A stretch of DNA of 64,000 bases from Eledone cirrhosa (GCA_964016885.1 OZ024740.1:101680001-101744000), one strand, 5' to 3'; shown: positions 1 through 15,420, numbered from the stretch's first letter. Made by a program: numbers and translations. Notes: generated by a model from the letters alone, not told the origin.

Positions 1-1
1 A

Positions 2-188
2 AACTCCAAGACAACAGTGAATAATTATACAACCTGTGGCTGTTTATCCACATTTGGACATTTAGGAATAACAAGAAAACAAGAAATTCCTAATAATGAT
101 TTACTTGGGCACAAGAATCCTATTGCATATTCCATTGGCTGGCTTGAAGTGCAGTGGGTTCAGTGTGCTGATGCATCTAATCTGTTAG
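2..188 (+). CDS. Possible host coding exon (unknown protein)
   Basis: Open from the window start (NSKTTVNNYTTCGCLSTFGHLG...GWLEVQWVQCADASNLL), non-repetitive, followed by ag|gtttat and T-rich sequence. Confidence 0.3.
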
Positions 189-3100
189 GTTTATTTATTT
201 ATTTATTCATTTGTTACTGTTTCTGTTTTCCCTTTGCAAGATTTGTTGGAATGAAAGGAATATCAATTTTCTAGCAAAGTGCTTATATTTGATGTAAGTT
301 ATTTGCAGTTATTTGAGATATTACCAGCATTTCTTTAAAGGCAGAGTAATGGTAAAAAATTGCAAAGCAGATAAAGTGCTTTACAGTTGTTTTTAGTTTC
401 ATTTTGAGTTCAAATCCTACTGGAGTCAATTTTTGTGATTTGTCTTTCTTCAGCCATTCTCAATATATATCATGCAAGTTTTGGACTCATTCCAAATACA
501 TGCCTCATGCTACCTGTAAAAAGAGATACCAGTTTCAAGACAATGATTAGCCTCTCTGAGGTCACTCATTGCACAAGAAATAACAACAAAATCTCTTGTA
601 AATCGTAGTCTACTCATCATTATCACCATCATCATTATCATCATCATCACATTCTGATTTTCCATGCAGGTGTGGATTTGTGGCATCATTACAGAACAAA
701 TTAGTGCTTTATTGGAGATCCTGTCCTCCTAGTTTGGAAACAATGTTCCATTCAAATATGTTACTTTTTTTGGCATGGTTTCCATAACTGGGTGTCCTTC
801 TTCATGCCAACCAGATTACAGCATGTAGTGCCTGTATTGTATCATGCCTCTAGCACTAGAGAGATTCTCATGTTCTTGACATAATTGAAGAGTCCTCTTT
901 ACCCTTTGTCTTTTAAAAATATAAAGGACATTGGATAACGTAATCTGAAAAGACTGGAGAGTAAAAGCTAGACCAGCTTTGATCATAGATTTGCTCGATC
1001 AAGGCTGACCTTGGGTTAAACACAATGGCATAATTTTGTTACAGTGTACTTATGTCAGAAATCAATATACCATAAGTGTATGGTTCACTCATATTGTCAT
1101 GAGTGTACAGATATGTCAAATTTTTTGTCTTGTTACCTTCTCATCGATCTGATCACTGATATTCAGATATATTTGTTTGTTATTTCTCTTCCCCTGAGAA
1201 TGAACAATATCAGAAAAAATAAATTCCTTCACACTATATTATCATATTTAGCAAATTTCTGTCATAAACACTTGGAAGAAAATTAAATAAGTAAATAAAT
1301 AACTATATAAATAGATAAAATAAATAAATAGATTGAAAGTCATTGCAATGATTTTGGAAAACAACTTGAATCTTCTGAAAGGATATACTTGAATTTTTTT
1401 CCAACATTTAATTTAAATTAATTTTTTTTTCAAATTTTACAACCATTTCTGCCAGCAACTTACAAAAAATATATCATTTTTACCTATTTAACGTTTTCAC
1501 TTTAACGTTTTCATTCTTAATAGCTTTTTTTGTGTGCTCTCTATTTTTTCATTTTACTTTTCCATTTTTACTGCTGCAATGCCAAATCAACTCAACTTTA
1601 CTGCAGTTGTAATCATGGGTGTTTTTTATTAGATAGCTTGCAGAGTATGATGTCATAATAGAATGTAGTTAAAGTTTCACAGCTTCTCTTCATCTATGTT
1701 CATTTTTTGTAGTTCCATTTCTTTTTTTTATGTTTTGTTATTTTAGCCATTTATTTCATTTATATATTTATTTAATTATTTAATTTTGCTTCAAGGTGGA
1801 AATAAAAGTGATTTGAGTTTAATTTTTTTTTTAAATTATAATTTTTTTTCTTTTTTATTCTTTTTAGCCTTGACAAAATTTATTAAACCATTATTGTAGT
1901 AAACACATGTGCACACTTATCTCTATAACACATAAAATATTCTATCTCTCTAAAATCAGTTGTACTCATTTGAGATAGTTATGTGCATTCTAAACCAGTA
2001 AACATCTAGTTAGTTTAAGGTGGCTTCACTTAATCACTCTGTCTCATACATATGCATCCAAGCCAAACAGGGTGGTGTCCAGGTAACCCATTTAGTGGTA
2101 ATGCTGCAAGCATGTTAACTTGCTTCAAACATTTCCATTGGCCCTTGTGGTGTGACTGATTGGTGCACTTGGTTGGTGCACTGATTGGTTTTTTTTTTTT
2201 TTTTTTTTTGGTGGGGGCAGGAGGTTCTTTCACTTTGAGCATATAATTCTGTGCATTATATTTATAAGATTCCTAGCAATAATTAATTTGGCATTGATCT
2301 ACAATTTTGAGGAAGCCTACTCTCTTCTTAAAATTTAATTTTAAGTACATAATGTTCACACATGCACATGTATATACTCATACATAAATCATACACTTTT
2401 AGCACTGATTATTTAAATAATTCATGAGAATTTTTAAATGGGACTAATTTTCATATTTAATCTGAGCTTATTACTCGCTCTGGGAGCCTACATTTTGCAT
2501 CTAGTCTGAGCCTATTACCTTCTTTGATGATTTATATTTCATATCTGGTTTGAGTTTATTGCCAGCTTTGTATGGGCCTACACATACACTATCTTTCTAG
2601 ATATTATTCCCTCTGTCTTTTTTTTCTATCTTATTCGTCGTTTAGGTCAGTGGAATAATAAAATATTAGTTCTGCACCAAGGACACACAGTGATCTTCCA
2701 AACCAGTCAGGTTCATTATGATATATGTAAAGATATTCATATTATTTGGTAAGAATTCTAAAAGAATTCAGCTCGGTGGAACGTTGTCCTTGACTTTTGA
2801 CTGAAGTCAAAATCTTTGGAAATTAAAACATTTATAACTTTACCAAAAAGATTATCAGCACAAGTAAAGTTAAATTCTTCCTACTAGAAACTAAAACCTC
2901 ATTTAGGCAATAAACAAAGCATATATAGCCTTGCTCACCATGCTAGAAATAATAATCAAATCTCACCCTGATTATGCTCTACCATTTAAAAAGTAAATAA
3001 CAGGACATGTTTAATATAGTCCTGGATATGCAAAATGAGAGTTCAGTCATGGTTTAACTACAATAGTTGATCAAAGATCTGGTCAATCAAGATTCATGAA

Positions 3101-4856
3101 TGCTTTCTTTGTTTTGATAATGACCTTTAAATTATGCATACAGTTTATCCAATGTGATTGCACACAGTTTCCAATTTCACTCACAAGGTTTGGGTTGACC
3201 CAAGACTATGGTAGATGACATTTGCTCTAGATGACAAGCAATGGGATCTAACCTAGAACTTTGGGATGGCAAAGCAGACATTTTAACCACTCAGCCATGC
3301 TTGCATTAATCAAGTCAAGTCAAGGGCTAAACATCATTGCAAAATTGTTGCATTGAAACATTTCCTGCTCTTTAATAGCACTCCTAGTTGCTATATGGCT
3401 AGATCCAAACTAAACACTCAGATCTGTTTAAACCAACAACCTAACACACCTTTCATTGTATTGTCATTATGTCTCTGACACAGAGTAGAAGATAATTTTT
3501 GTTACTTCTGCAACATAATTAACACTTAACTCCATGCCAATTACAAAGCTAATGTCAAACGTTCCACATAGGATTAAGAGTATAAGGCAACTACTGCTTT
3601 TATTGACACCAGTGGGGAAATCTATTTGCATCACTAAAAGTAGACACAGTTTGATGTGGTAGGAATGTGATATTGTATAGCACCATTGTTGTCTACATAG
3701 TGAAAGTAAAAGACCTGTAGATAGTGTATGCATGTGTTTGTATATGTGTGTGAGTGTTTGGGGAGAGAGAGAATAATAAACAGAAATGTGAAAGTGGAAG
3801 TTTTTGCTAGATGGCGTATGTATTGAAGTGTTTGGGAAGAGGTAGTAACATACTGGTAAAAGACATGTGGATTGTGTGTATGTGTTTGTAAGGAGAGTGG
3901 TAGGCAGTAAGACAGAGACAGAGCTGTAACAGAAAAAAATCTGTGCATAATGTATGTATATGTTTGTGTGTATATGTGAGTGTTTCGATAGAGAAAGTGT
4001 ATCACAGCAGATCTGTAAATAGTGCATATATGTGATTTTATATATATGTATGGAAGGGTGGGGAGAAAGGGTGGGAGATAGAAAGAAAGTGATGTTTAAA
4101 GGAAAGATGTAATAGAGTGGTTGTTCTCAGTTTAAAGGTATTTGAGAAAATTTTTAATGAACTGATAAAGTAGATAATTAACAAGCTGTATTCATGAGGA
4201 TTTTTATCACTTAATGTTGAGTGCTAATTAGGATAAAAAATTTACCTGTTCATTCGAGATGTACTTCATAGATCTTGGATGAAAATTGTTCTACTCCAAT
4301 GAAAATGTTGTTTCTATGCATATGATAAATAGACAGCCTCATATTTAGAGAGATTCACCTGCCCCACATAAACTGCTTGGTGCCATTGAATTTTTCATCA
4401 AATTATATTTTGTTCTCTACATTGTCCTTCTTGACAAGAATTTTCTTTAACACAAATAATTATGTTCTCATTATGAGTTTAAAATCAATTAATAATAAAA
4501 TATTTCTGGTACACTACATTATGTAAATTTGTCCACATTTAAATTAAATATTTAGTGAGGTCTTTAGTTATTTAGGTATTATGGACAATAGATTTCTGCA
4601 ATATTCATACTTCTCATTTTCTGCATTAATAATGAAGTGAATCTTTATACCTGTGGGGATTTTATACATGGTTGAATGATTAAATAGTTTGTTTTACAAT
4701 CATAAAGTTCTTACTTCAGTACCACTGAGTAAGAGTTTTTACTGTAACTTCAGGCCAACAAAGGTCTTGTGAATGAAAGTAAGTAGTTGGAAAATATTTG
4801 GAAACCATCAGATGAACTCCACTTGTAATTCATAGGGACACTCTTCTTACATACTC

Positions 4857-5074
4857 CTGGCATGTCAAACTGATGATCCCCTGAGGGCCACATGAGTCAC
4901 ATATGTGTGGTCTGAGGGCCACACACAATTAATTGCGCATATTACAACTAATTTTTTTAAATTTTATATTACGACGATAAAACATGCTTGCACTGTAAAA
5001 ACCTTTATGCAGGCCTCAAGTGTGCTTGTAATGGGCCACATGAAAGCCTGCGGGCCACATGTTTGACATACCTG
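4857..5074. mobile_element. hAT (Charlie-like) MITE
   Basis: TIR ctggcatgtcaaac / gtttgacatacctg (12/14), 8-bp TSD acatactc/acatactg, internal gggccaca repeats. Confidence 0.85.
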
Positions 5075-5680
5075 ACATACTGTATTATGCTGAATCACCC
5101 TGGCAAATACATCAAGCATACACATGTCTATGGGATACTCAACCATTTAGATATCAATGTAACCAGTAAGTCATTCTTTTGACAGAACAACTGGAACACT
5201 CATCATTGAAATTGATGGAAGTTCATTCCACTTATCCTTTTATTTACCTAAACTTTATGCAACCAAACATAACCTTTTCTATGTTTTCAAATTGTGAAAT
5301 GAGTTTTCAGTCGACTTTTCACTTGAAATAGAATATGTTAAAACTGGATATTTACTTTTAACTTCTGCATGTTTCTAAACTTAGTGCTTTCATAAACCAA
5401 ATAGTAAAAAGTCAAGGCACACCTCTAGCTTCTAAATCAACATGTTAATGAATTAATATGAGAGTATCAACAAGGTTGCTTGGCTTGTAAGAAATAGCAA
5501 CTAAATATCCATCAGATTACACTAGACCATCTTTAAAAAAGTCCTTGATGCACTATGTTTAAATAAGAACCTAGATTAGTTGTGGCTAAAATATTTTTAA
5601 TTTCTACTGACATTATCTGTCTATGAATAAATTATCCCATGTGTCAGTTAAGGTGTATTTCCATGGGAAATGATGTGACA

Positions 5681-5869
5681 TATGAAGGGCAGCTGAAAAG
5701 TTCATAAGCTGACCAAGATACTCTCATGGAATGACCAAATGAGATTTATTTTTCAGAATAGTCTCTAGAAAGAAACAATAGTTATTAATATGAAGAGTCA
5801 AAATTAAGACATACAAGATTTCACAGCTCTAGCACCACTCCTTTATGAACTTTTCAGCCCACCCTCGTA
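5681..5869. mobile_element. Mariner-type MITE
   Basis: TA-flanked ~26-bp TIRs tatgaagggcagctgaaaagttcataa / ttatgaacttttcagcccaccctcgta. Confidence 0.8.
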
Positions 5870-7200
5870 TACAACAGTATATATATGGTATGTATTTATA
5901 TATCACAATCAGTGCTTTTTCAGAGAAAGATAGTTTCAGCCACTGAGAGCTACGTCTTTTGGCTATGGCCACAATACATGGTTGAGGAAGCCATATCATC
6001 ATATCCTAACTCTAACTAATCACCTTGACTATTCACAATGTCCCTACTCAATCCTGAGTGATACTGAATTAAATTTATTAGTCCAATATCTCATCCCATG
6101 TGGTCATTACCACTTAACCATCCCTGCAGACTAAAATAGTAATCTGAGAGACTTGTGTCGTTATTGTTTTAGTCCTGGATTATGGTGTTCCAGCAAAAAC
6201 GATCCCATATTTTTTGTATATCCATAACTATATTGTGAAAATGCTGTCTTATTTTAAAGATATGTAGTAACTAAAGAGGTTGCACTGCTATTTCTTGCAA
6301 ATTGAATGCTTACATACAGAGTTGGGTAATCATTTTGAAGTATGAAAGAACTTTTCCATCATTTCTCTTAAATCTACATGTAAAACCTTCTGTAGTTGGA
6401 AGATTAATTTTCATCTATCATTATGAGGTTAACTTTGCCTTTCATCCTTACGGGGGTCGATAAAATAAAGTACCAGTAATATACTGGGTAATTGGTGGCC
6501 TTGTGCCAAAAAGTAGAAACAATTATTATTAATAACTCATACTAACACACACGCACACACATGCTCACATATACACAAAAAGAAAGAGAAAATTGCAAAG
6601 ACAAAGAAAAAGAAAATCATTCAGTCTTGCATACAACCATCTGTCACGAGCTTCAGAAATATATATATCTGTGATACTTCTTTCCTTGAGAATCACAAAT
6701 ACTTCCTGGGCTCCAGACAATCTAAAGATAAATTAAGTTGCTAATGACAACTAGGTGCATACTAATCAACTGAACTACGTGAAATACAAAGCAGAAGAAT
6801 CTTCTCTTGGTTGGGTTTAGTTTTTCCATAATGTAAGAAATTGATTTTAGCTTACTGACACTTATTGATATTCATTAAGAGGAGTGAGGTTTATTTTTAA
6901 GCAGAGTTCAAGAAAAAGATGAGATTTCCTCATATTTCAATAAGTCTCATCGCGAGATAAATTTATCATTTCTATATAGCATCGTTACTACTTTTAATTT
7001 TCCCCCCAGTTCTTGTTTTTCTTTCTTTTCACACATACATACACCACATGCATAAGCAAACACATACATGCACAATCATCATCACCATTACCATACATCC
7101 AATTTCCATGCTGGCATGTGTTGGATGGGTCATTTTGGTATATATATATGTGTGTATAACATAACTATATTATGTATATATATATATTAATATATATATA

Positions 7201-7540
7201 TGGAGGCACATGGCTTAGTGGTTAGAGCATTGGCCTTGCAATCGAAAGGTTGTGAGTTCAATTCTCAGACCGGGTGATGTGTTGTTTCCTTGAGCAAGAC
7301 ACTTTATTTCACATTGCTCCAGTTTACTCAGCTGTAGAAATGAGATGATAGGGACTGGGGTTCATATCATTCCACTGTAAAGTGGACGTCTAGGCGCCAC
7401 GGCAAAAAAGCACCCAGCACTCACTGTAAATGAGGTTGGTGTAAGGAAGGGCATCCAGCTGTTGAAATCAAGCCAGAATCAGTTCCCGTCCCAACCTTGC
7501 AAGCAGGGAAAAGCGGACGTAAAATGATGATGATGATGAT
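7201..7540 (+). mobile_element. tRNA-derived SINE with RTE 3' tail
   Basis: A box tggcttagtgg, B box gagttcaattc, central ccttgagcaagacactt, RTE-UTR tail with (TGA)n; copies at 35425-35740(+), 48475-48815(-), 59995-60370(-); same head with a different tail at 10010-10330. Confidence 0.85.
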
Positions 7541-7547
7541 ATATACT

Positions 7548-8430
7548 AGAGAGGAGATTGCATTGGTATGGTTATGTGATGCGTATGAAGGATGACAGCT
7601 GTATAAAAAGGTGCAGAGTGATCAAAATTCATGCAAGCTATGGAGTAAGAAGAATTGCACTTCCCAAAGACAATACTGGATGTATGTTTGAGTCCATGCA
7701 CAAGGGACAGTGGGTGTTCTGTATTACTGCACAACACCAAAGATCTTGATCCTGTGCCATTGAGAGGTACAATTGTGTCTTTGAGAGGTACAATTGTGCA
7801 AGGTCAGCTTTTATCACCTTGTCCCAGGTCTTCCTGGGTCTTTCTACTCCATCTCTTGCCTGAAACCTGACACAAATATAGTGGTTCATTCTTAGCTAGG
7901 AACTTCTCTTGTAGTTGTCTCACTAGGAAGTGGTCATCTGCAGTACCTCTCCCTGGCACAAAACTGAACTGTATCGCATCTAATCTGACTATTTTCCTAA
8001 TTTGCTGGGCTAGAACTCTTTCTGGCAATTTCATAACTTGATCCATTAGTTTTATACCTCTGTAGTTACTCCTTTTTAGAGCATAAGTTTTGCCCTTGTA
8101 GCAATTTATGATTGTAATGCTGTGCCAGTCATTGTGTATGACACTGTCCCATATCACCTGATTTACTATGCACATTACAAGTTCAGTTCTTACTTCTTTT
8201 CATACTTATAGCATCTCAGATACTATCGCTGATGGCCATGCAGCTTTAAAATTTTTCAACTCCTTGATTGCTCTTTTGACCCTATAACTGTCTAATTCAA
8301 TAGCTGGTCCCTGTCTTAGGTTAGATGGGATTAGACTTTTTTCCCTCCCATTCATTCTCCACATTCATCAACTTCCCATAGTAAAATTTCTAGGCCTCTT
8401 TCTTTTGAGAATCAGTGATGCTAAGTACAC
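7548..8430. mobile_element. Rearranged older RTE fragments (short + piece, then - piece with large internal deletion)
   Basis: WYGYVMRMKDDSCI on + (7558); NCYKGK...RSNYRGIKL...QLQEKFLAK on - joined directly to the RPRKTW 3' end. Confidence 0.8.
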
Positions 8431-8516
8431 TTATGCTCTTTTCCCCAGCATCCCAATTCACACTGACACACACACACACATTCTCTCTCTCTCTTTCTCT
8501 CTCCCTCTCTCTCTCT

Positions 8517-8549
<33 letters not shown>

Positions 8550-8832
8550 GTGGGTGTGGAGTGGATTGCTGTCGTAACTGTGGTGGGGTCAATGTTACAA
8601 AAACTTAACTGTAATAGGTTTTATTAGGAAGTGGAAAATACTGTTGCTGCAAAAGTATAGGCAGATATTCATAGTTCTTCTATAATCAATCCTAAACCAC
8701 TTACTTTGAATAGATTCAGATGTTTGTAATTGAAGATTGAGTAGAATGATTAAAAATATCCTAGATATTAATTCTCTGCTTTCTGGGAATATTTTTATTG
8801 ACAAGCTCACATACATACATGTATCTATGTAT

Positions 8833-9370
8833 GTCGCTCTCGAGTGCTACTGGTAACATGTAATTCAGTACAACCTGTCTCATGGTCGGGTCGGCGGTGA
8901 CTAAACCGGCAAACCCACCAAGCTAGCAGGGTGTCCAAATATCACCCTCCTCACCAAGTGATATTTGGACACCTTGTGGGATGAAGCACAAGACCTTGCA
9001 AAGGGCAGAGGAACGCAGCAGAGTCAACAGCCATCCAAATACTCCTTTTTTTTTTTTTTTTTTACCTGGGAGTGAAAGGCCCTTGTTGTCACAAGACATT
9101 TCTAAGAGAGGAAAACTCTGAAAAAAAACCTGCGGCTTCGGAAGCATCTGGTGAAGATGACCAATTCTCCTTTTAAGGTAGTTTTCGATGCTCAGAGAGT
9201 GGGATTGGTCGAGTGTAAGGCCTTTCCCCACTTAAGAATCCTTCAAAGCAGAGGCATTGCTTGTTCAGGATATGTTACAGGTTCATGGGGCTGGCCGTAG
9301 CCTAGAAGTGCACCAAACTCTATAATCTGACAAGTGATTGCAATACTCTTAGCAGAGTTTGCAGCCACCA
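8833..9370 (+). mobile_element. GC-richer non-coding element resembling an RTE 5' UTR
   Basis: agagaggaaaactctga...aaacc motif recalled from RTE 5' UTRs; perfect 16-bp hairpin 8930-8973; flanked by (TATG)n. Confidence 0.45.
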
Positions 9371-9892
9371 TGTATGTATATATGTATATATATATATATA
9401 TATTTATGTATGTATGTATATATATGTATGTATGTATCTGTATGTATGTGTGTATGTATATGTATGTATATGTATGTATGTATATACATACATATACATA
9501 CATACACATATATATACATACATATATATATGTATGTATGTATGTATGTGTGTGTGTATATGTATGTATATGTATGTATGTATATGTATGTATGTATGTA
9601 AATGTATGTATGTATATGTATGTATGTATATGTATGTATGTATGTATATGTATGCATGTATATGTATCTATATGCATCTATGTATATGCATGTATGCATA
9701 TATGTATATGTATGTATGTATATGCATGTATGAATGTATATGCATGTATGTATATATATCCATGTATGTATATGTATGTATATATGTATGTATATGTATG
9801 TATGCATGTATATGTGTGTATTCATGTATATAAATGTATGTGTATGCATGTATGTATGTGTATGTATGTTTATATGTATATATGTATGTATG

Positions 9893-9934
<42 letters not shown>

Positions 9935-11152
9935 TACACACACAGACATTCATACATGCTTCTTCGTGGCTATCCTCAAATACACACAAATATATGTATC
10001 TTCACTGTGAGGGTGCATGGCTTTGTGGTTTGGGAATTCAGCTCAGATTGAAAGTCTGTGAGTTCAATTTCCGGTGACACGCAGGGGGTCCTTGAGCAAA
10101 ACACTTTATTTTGCGTTGCTCCAGTCCACTCAGCTGGCAAAAATGAGTTGTATATGTAATTCAAGGAGCCTGTCTTATCACATATTGTGTCATGCTGAAT
10201 CTTCCTGAGATTTATGTTAAAGGTACGTATGTTTGTAGAATGCTCAACCACTTGCACGTTCATTTCAGGAGCTGGCTATTCCATTGATAGTATCAACTGG
10301 AATATTCATTATTGTAACCAATGGAGTGCCACATGTATGTTCACCATCATTAGTTACACTCTATTTCCTTGGATGTGTTATCATGCTCTAAGTCATTTCT
10401 TTTTCGGAGTAACTACATTCCCTAAAATCACTTTACTGTAAACAACATCAATAACCATTTTGGACTATGAAAAATAGTCTATGCTGGGTTTATAAATCCC
10501 TGGGTGGAAAAACTATCAGATTTAAGTTAGCTGTAAAATTCCAAATTTGTAATTCACTCAACAGTTCTTAAAATATTATATATTTATTTATCCTGGCTGA
10601 TTAATATAGCTTAAGTTAATGGAACATCCCCTTACCTGAGCAGTGAAAACTGGGTTGGTTTTAAGACCCAGTCCATTTCTGAACACAAGCATACATACAT
10701 GCACAAATACACTCACACACACACACTCATACACATACACAGAATTAAAGGGAATGGTATCAGAGAAAGGTCACAGTTAATGGAAATTCTTGATATAATT
10801 CAAATATGAATTCTTGTTGGAGCAGCACTGTAGTAAGGGTGATATTGATTATCATGTTTATCAGTTGAAATACTTAGCTCTCACTGTTTGGTTTATTCAC
10901 AAAGTCCACAAATTGATCACACATCGTAAAAATGACCATATCCATTTTCGTTTCTATTGATTGATCAATAAGCCAATGGTTGCCAAAACACTTTCCCTCA
11001 TAACCTATCATCGGCATCGTTTAACTATCACAATCACCATTATCCCTGCCATCCACATTGGCGACTTCTATGTAGCCATCATCATCATTGTTGTTGCTCT
11101 TGTTATTTCTTATTTCATTGTATTGTGTGTGTTTGTGGCGTGTGTCTGTATA

Positions 11153-11205
<53 letters not shown>

Positions 11206-12435
11206 TGTGTGTGTGTGTATGTGTGTATCATATATATATATATATATAACATATGTATGTATATATATGTAATGTATGTCATACATATGTGTATGTCACA
11301 ATGATAGCCATAATTATCGCAATAATCATTGCAAACATCATCAACAATTGTGTAATAACCATCTCCATCATTATAATTATAACCAGCATAGTAATTGTCA
11401 ACATCATAATTATTTACATTATGTCCAATTTTACATTATCAGTTAGATATCATATCACCATGTTTCTTTTATCATCATTACCACCACCACCATCATCATC
11501 ATCATCATTGCACTCATCAACATCAACAACATTATCATGAACTCCATCATCAACATTATCATCAACACCATCAGAAATATCAACTACATCTCACAATGCG
11601 GCCCTACTCTTTTACATTTGAACTGCAACAACCCTGACAAATATGAGGATGTGGATTATTATCTCAGTCTCAAATCCAAAATCAGGGAACTCTTTCATAT
11701 TAAAGGTCCACATTGGAATAAAAATTTATTAGAACGACAATACAGAAAATGTTATTAACTATATGGGTTGGATGGGTCTTTTCAGCACAGCAATTCTTTG
11801 TCATCGCTTCCATGTGCTTCACCAATTTGAGATTAGCTCTCATTACTTCTGCCCAGGTCTTTCTTTACTATAGTTTCCTTCCATTCGGATTTATTGGAAC
11901 TTCTTCACCCAGCATCTCCCATCCATGCACATGCATGTCTATACTACTAGAGTCACTGGAGGTTTCTTCACCCATCCACCATGCAACATCCTATCAAATA
12001 ACTCCACATATGGCACCTACCTGTAATATACACAGACCCCTGTCCAAAGTTGAGTTAATGATGACAACTTTTCTAGTGCCATGATAAATAAACCCAGTAC
12101 ACCTTGTAAGGTGGTTAATGATGCAGAGAGCATACTGCTGTAGAAATTATGCCAAGAAGATTCTTTAGTTGTGACATGGGCACAGCAGCCTCTCTAGTGT
12201 TGATGATTTGAACAATAAACACACAGAGTACAGCCTGTAAAGTGGTAGGTGTTAGGAAGGGCATTCCAAACAATGGTCAGGAAGACACTGCAGATATGCA
12301 CTGCAGATTGGTGCCACAATAAACTACACAGTCTGTCAGGACATATCCAACCCTTACTAGCAGGGAAGACTGATGTTTAACGATGATGATATATATATAT
12401 ATATATATATATAATCATCCATTTAACATTTGTAA

Positions 12436-13934
12436 ATGAAAGTCAGCAAGGTTAGAATTAACAACGAATATAGTGAAGAGTTTAACGTAAAAGTTGGTGT
12501 TCATCAGGGCTCTGTTCTTAGCCCCATACTATTTATTATTGCCTTTCAGGCTATAACAGTGGAGTTCAAGACCGGCTGCCCATGGGAACTCCTATACGCA
12601 GATGATCTAACGCTCATAGCTGAATCAATGGCCGAGCTAGAGAAGAAATTCCAAACATGGAAGCACGGCCTAGAATCAAAAGGCCTTAAAATTAACCTGG
12701 CTAAGACTAAAGTTCTAGTTTGTAGGAAAGAAAATAAGGCGTCGGTCCCTTCCGGGAAATAGCCATGCTCATTGTGTAGGAAAGGCGTAGGTAGAAACTC
12801 CATTTTATGTCCCAAATGCAATGTATGGGTGCATAAAAGATGTAGTGGGATCATAGGTAAGCTAACTAAGAACATAGATTTTACATGTGGCCGGTGCTCT
12901 GGTGCAATAAGTAGCAGCAAGTGCCCACAAAATACTAGCTCTTTCAATTGCGCAGAGGGTTCTATAGAAATAGTGGACAGCTTCCGTTACCTGGGTGACA
13001 AAATCAGCAGTGGGGGAGGGTGCTCTGAAAGTACAGTAGCTAGAGTCAGAACTGGATGGAAAAAGTTCAGAGAGCTTATACCACTATTAGCCGCTAAAGG
13101 GTTCTCCCTAAAAATGAAAGGCAGGCTGTATGATGCATGCATACGAACAGCAATGTTGCATGGCAGTGAGACCTGGGCATTGTGTGCAGAGGATATACGC
13201 AGACTAGAGAGAAACGAAGCTTGCATGCTCCGCTGGATGTGTAATAGTAATATACGTGAACGGCAAAGCATTAACGAACTAAGGGAAAAATTAGAAATAA
13301 GAGGGATCAGATGTTGTTTACTCGAGAGAAGGCTACGTTGGTATGGTCACGTAATGCGCATGAAAGACGACAGCTGTATATAAAAGTGCAGGGCAATAAA
13401 GATAGACGGTAGCCACGGAGTAGGCAGACCCAGAAAAACCTGGGACGACCTGATAAACTCCGACCTCACACACTTACACCTCTCCAAGACAATGTCACTA
13501 GACCGAGATCTTTGGCGGCACTCAGTAATAGAGAATACACGCCTTACCTAAATACAAAGTAAAACCTACTACAGTCAGTGGGCATCTCTAACAAAATACA
13601 CCCCCGTCCCACCACCCCCACCCCATCCACTCCGCCCCTTTCAATGTAAAGTTATGTTGGTGCCACAACATCCAGGCCGAAACAAATGAGATCGTGTAGG
13701 TGTCACGACAAAAAAACACAGTCCACGCTGTAATGTGGCCGTGTAGGCAACACGGTAAAAACCTCCCAGTCCCACACTGTAAATGTGGTTGGTGTTAGGA
13801 AGGGCATCCAGTTGTAGAAAACCCGCCAGACAGTCCTATGCGAGCAAGACAACCACTCTTGCCTCAAGTGGGAAAACTACCGTCCAAACCCATGCAAGCG
13901 TGGAACATGGACGTTAAACAATGATGATGATGAT
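12436..13934 (+). pseudogene. RTE LINE copy, 5'-truncated, two in-frame stops
   Basis: ORFs 12436-12762 (LYADDL) and 12772-13383; same 3' UTR; TGA tail. Confidence 0.93.
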
Positions 13935-14261
13935 ATATTAATAAATAGATATAACAACAATATGTACTCTTCTTCCAGAAGACCACACTTAACACTTTGA
14001 ACAAACCATCTCAATATTGCAATAGGAATGATGTTTAACTATTTCTTGTCATCCTAGTATTCTATTCTGCAACACACTTCTATTTATTACAGTTATTTAC
14101 ACTGTTTTCTACATGAATCAGCAGTCGTTTTACATCGTTGCTTCATCCTGATTTATTTGGGAGGACATTGCCTCGATTTTTGGCATGTTTATACATGTAT
14201 CTTTTTTTTCATGTGTAAATTGAATCCAATAAAAAAGTACCAGTACAGTTCTGGAGTTGGG

Positions 14262-14383
<122 letters not shown>

Positions 14384-15137
14384 AAAGGAATCAGTTGTGT
14401 TCTAAACTGGAAAGTGTTGAGTTCCTTCAGGTTTAAAATTCCCAGGACTTGTGCGTTATTTTATCTGTTGAATACCCAATTTTCAGTTGTTTTCATGCAG
14501 ATCTAAGTTTGGGAACTGTACATACGGCAGAGTCAAAATGGATAGAAACATTTTTATCCACTAGACATCAAAACATGAATTTGAAAAAGCAATACACTGA
14601 GTTCTAAATGTATTACTAGTGCTGTGAGCCTGCAAAATGCTTAATCAGTTGATTCCCCAATTCCTCCATGTTATTTAAAAACAACTTATGTTCAAGACCC
14701 TTATATGAATGTATGTATTTAAGTTGATGTTTTGCAGGAGTCATAACAGCAAGTAATCTTGAGGATGATAAAACTCAGAAAACGAATGATAGGAATAGAG
14801 ATTAGAGTTTCTCCTTTTTCATTAGGTGAAACAGTTTCATGTGGTAGAGAACGTTGTCATTTACAGCCCTTTTGAGATGTTTTAAACATATTTTCTGACT
14901 GTGTAATTTCAAAACCCACACCATTCAAGATTGTAAGATGCAAACCCATTATACCTACTGCAGTTTGAGAAGTTTTCCCTTGGAATGTTTAAACATATAT
15001 CTGAAATACACCAAATATGATGTAAGATATATTTTAGCTTGGCTGTCTTCTATTTCAGCCCTCTCTATTATGGTATGAGCAAATCTGATTACCTTTCTCT
15101 CTAGGAGTCTATATGCAGATATGAATGTCTGACTCTA

Positions 15138-15420
15138 TATAAGGAACACATACTGCAATAGCCAGGAGTTCAAGGGACCACATCTTTTTAATAAGCTGTC
15201 AAAATATTTGAGAGATCTTCATGTAGATTTTTTCAAGACATATCTCGACATTCTACTGACCAACATCCTAGATGAACCCATAGCACGAGGCGAAGTGCAA
15301 ATAAGAGCAGCAGCAACAAACTCCCGTTTGTATCATTGGCCAATCAGAGAAAGCTGACTATAGAAAGTGTAGCATCGGTGGCATTGCTCCTGCATGACCT
15401 CATCCTCTCGGCTCTAACAT
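15138..15420 (+). mobile_element. CR1-like LINE 3' end
   Basis: Hand translation: IRNTYCNSQEFKGPHLFNKLSKYLRDLHVDFFKTYLDILLTNILDEP...RAAATNS. Confidence 0.7.

Noticed and set aside
7201-7275. tRNA gene
   Set aside because: The A/B boxes continue into a SINE body and tail; no complete cloverleaf
9243-10077. Long YI/MYV/HT ORFs (also 18849-19972, 27226-27787, 29928-30606)
   Set aside because: Translations of TA/TG microsatellites that lack stop codons
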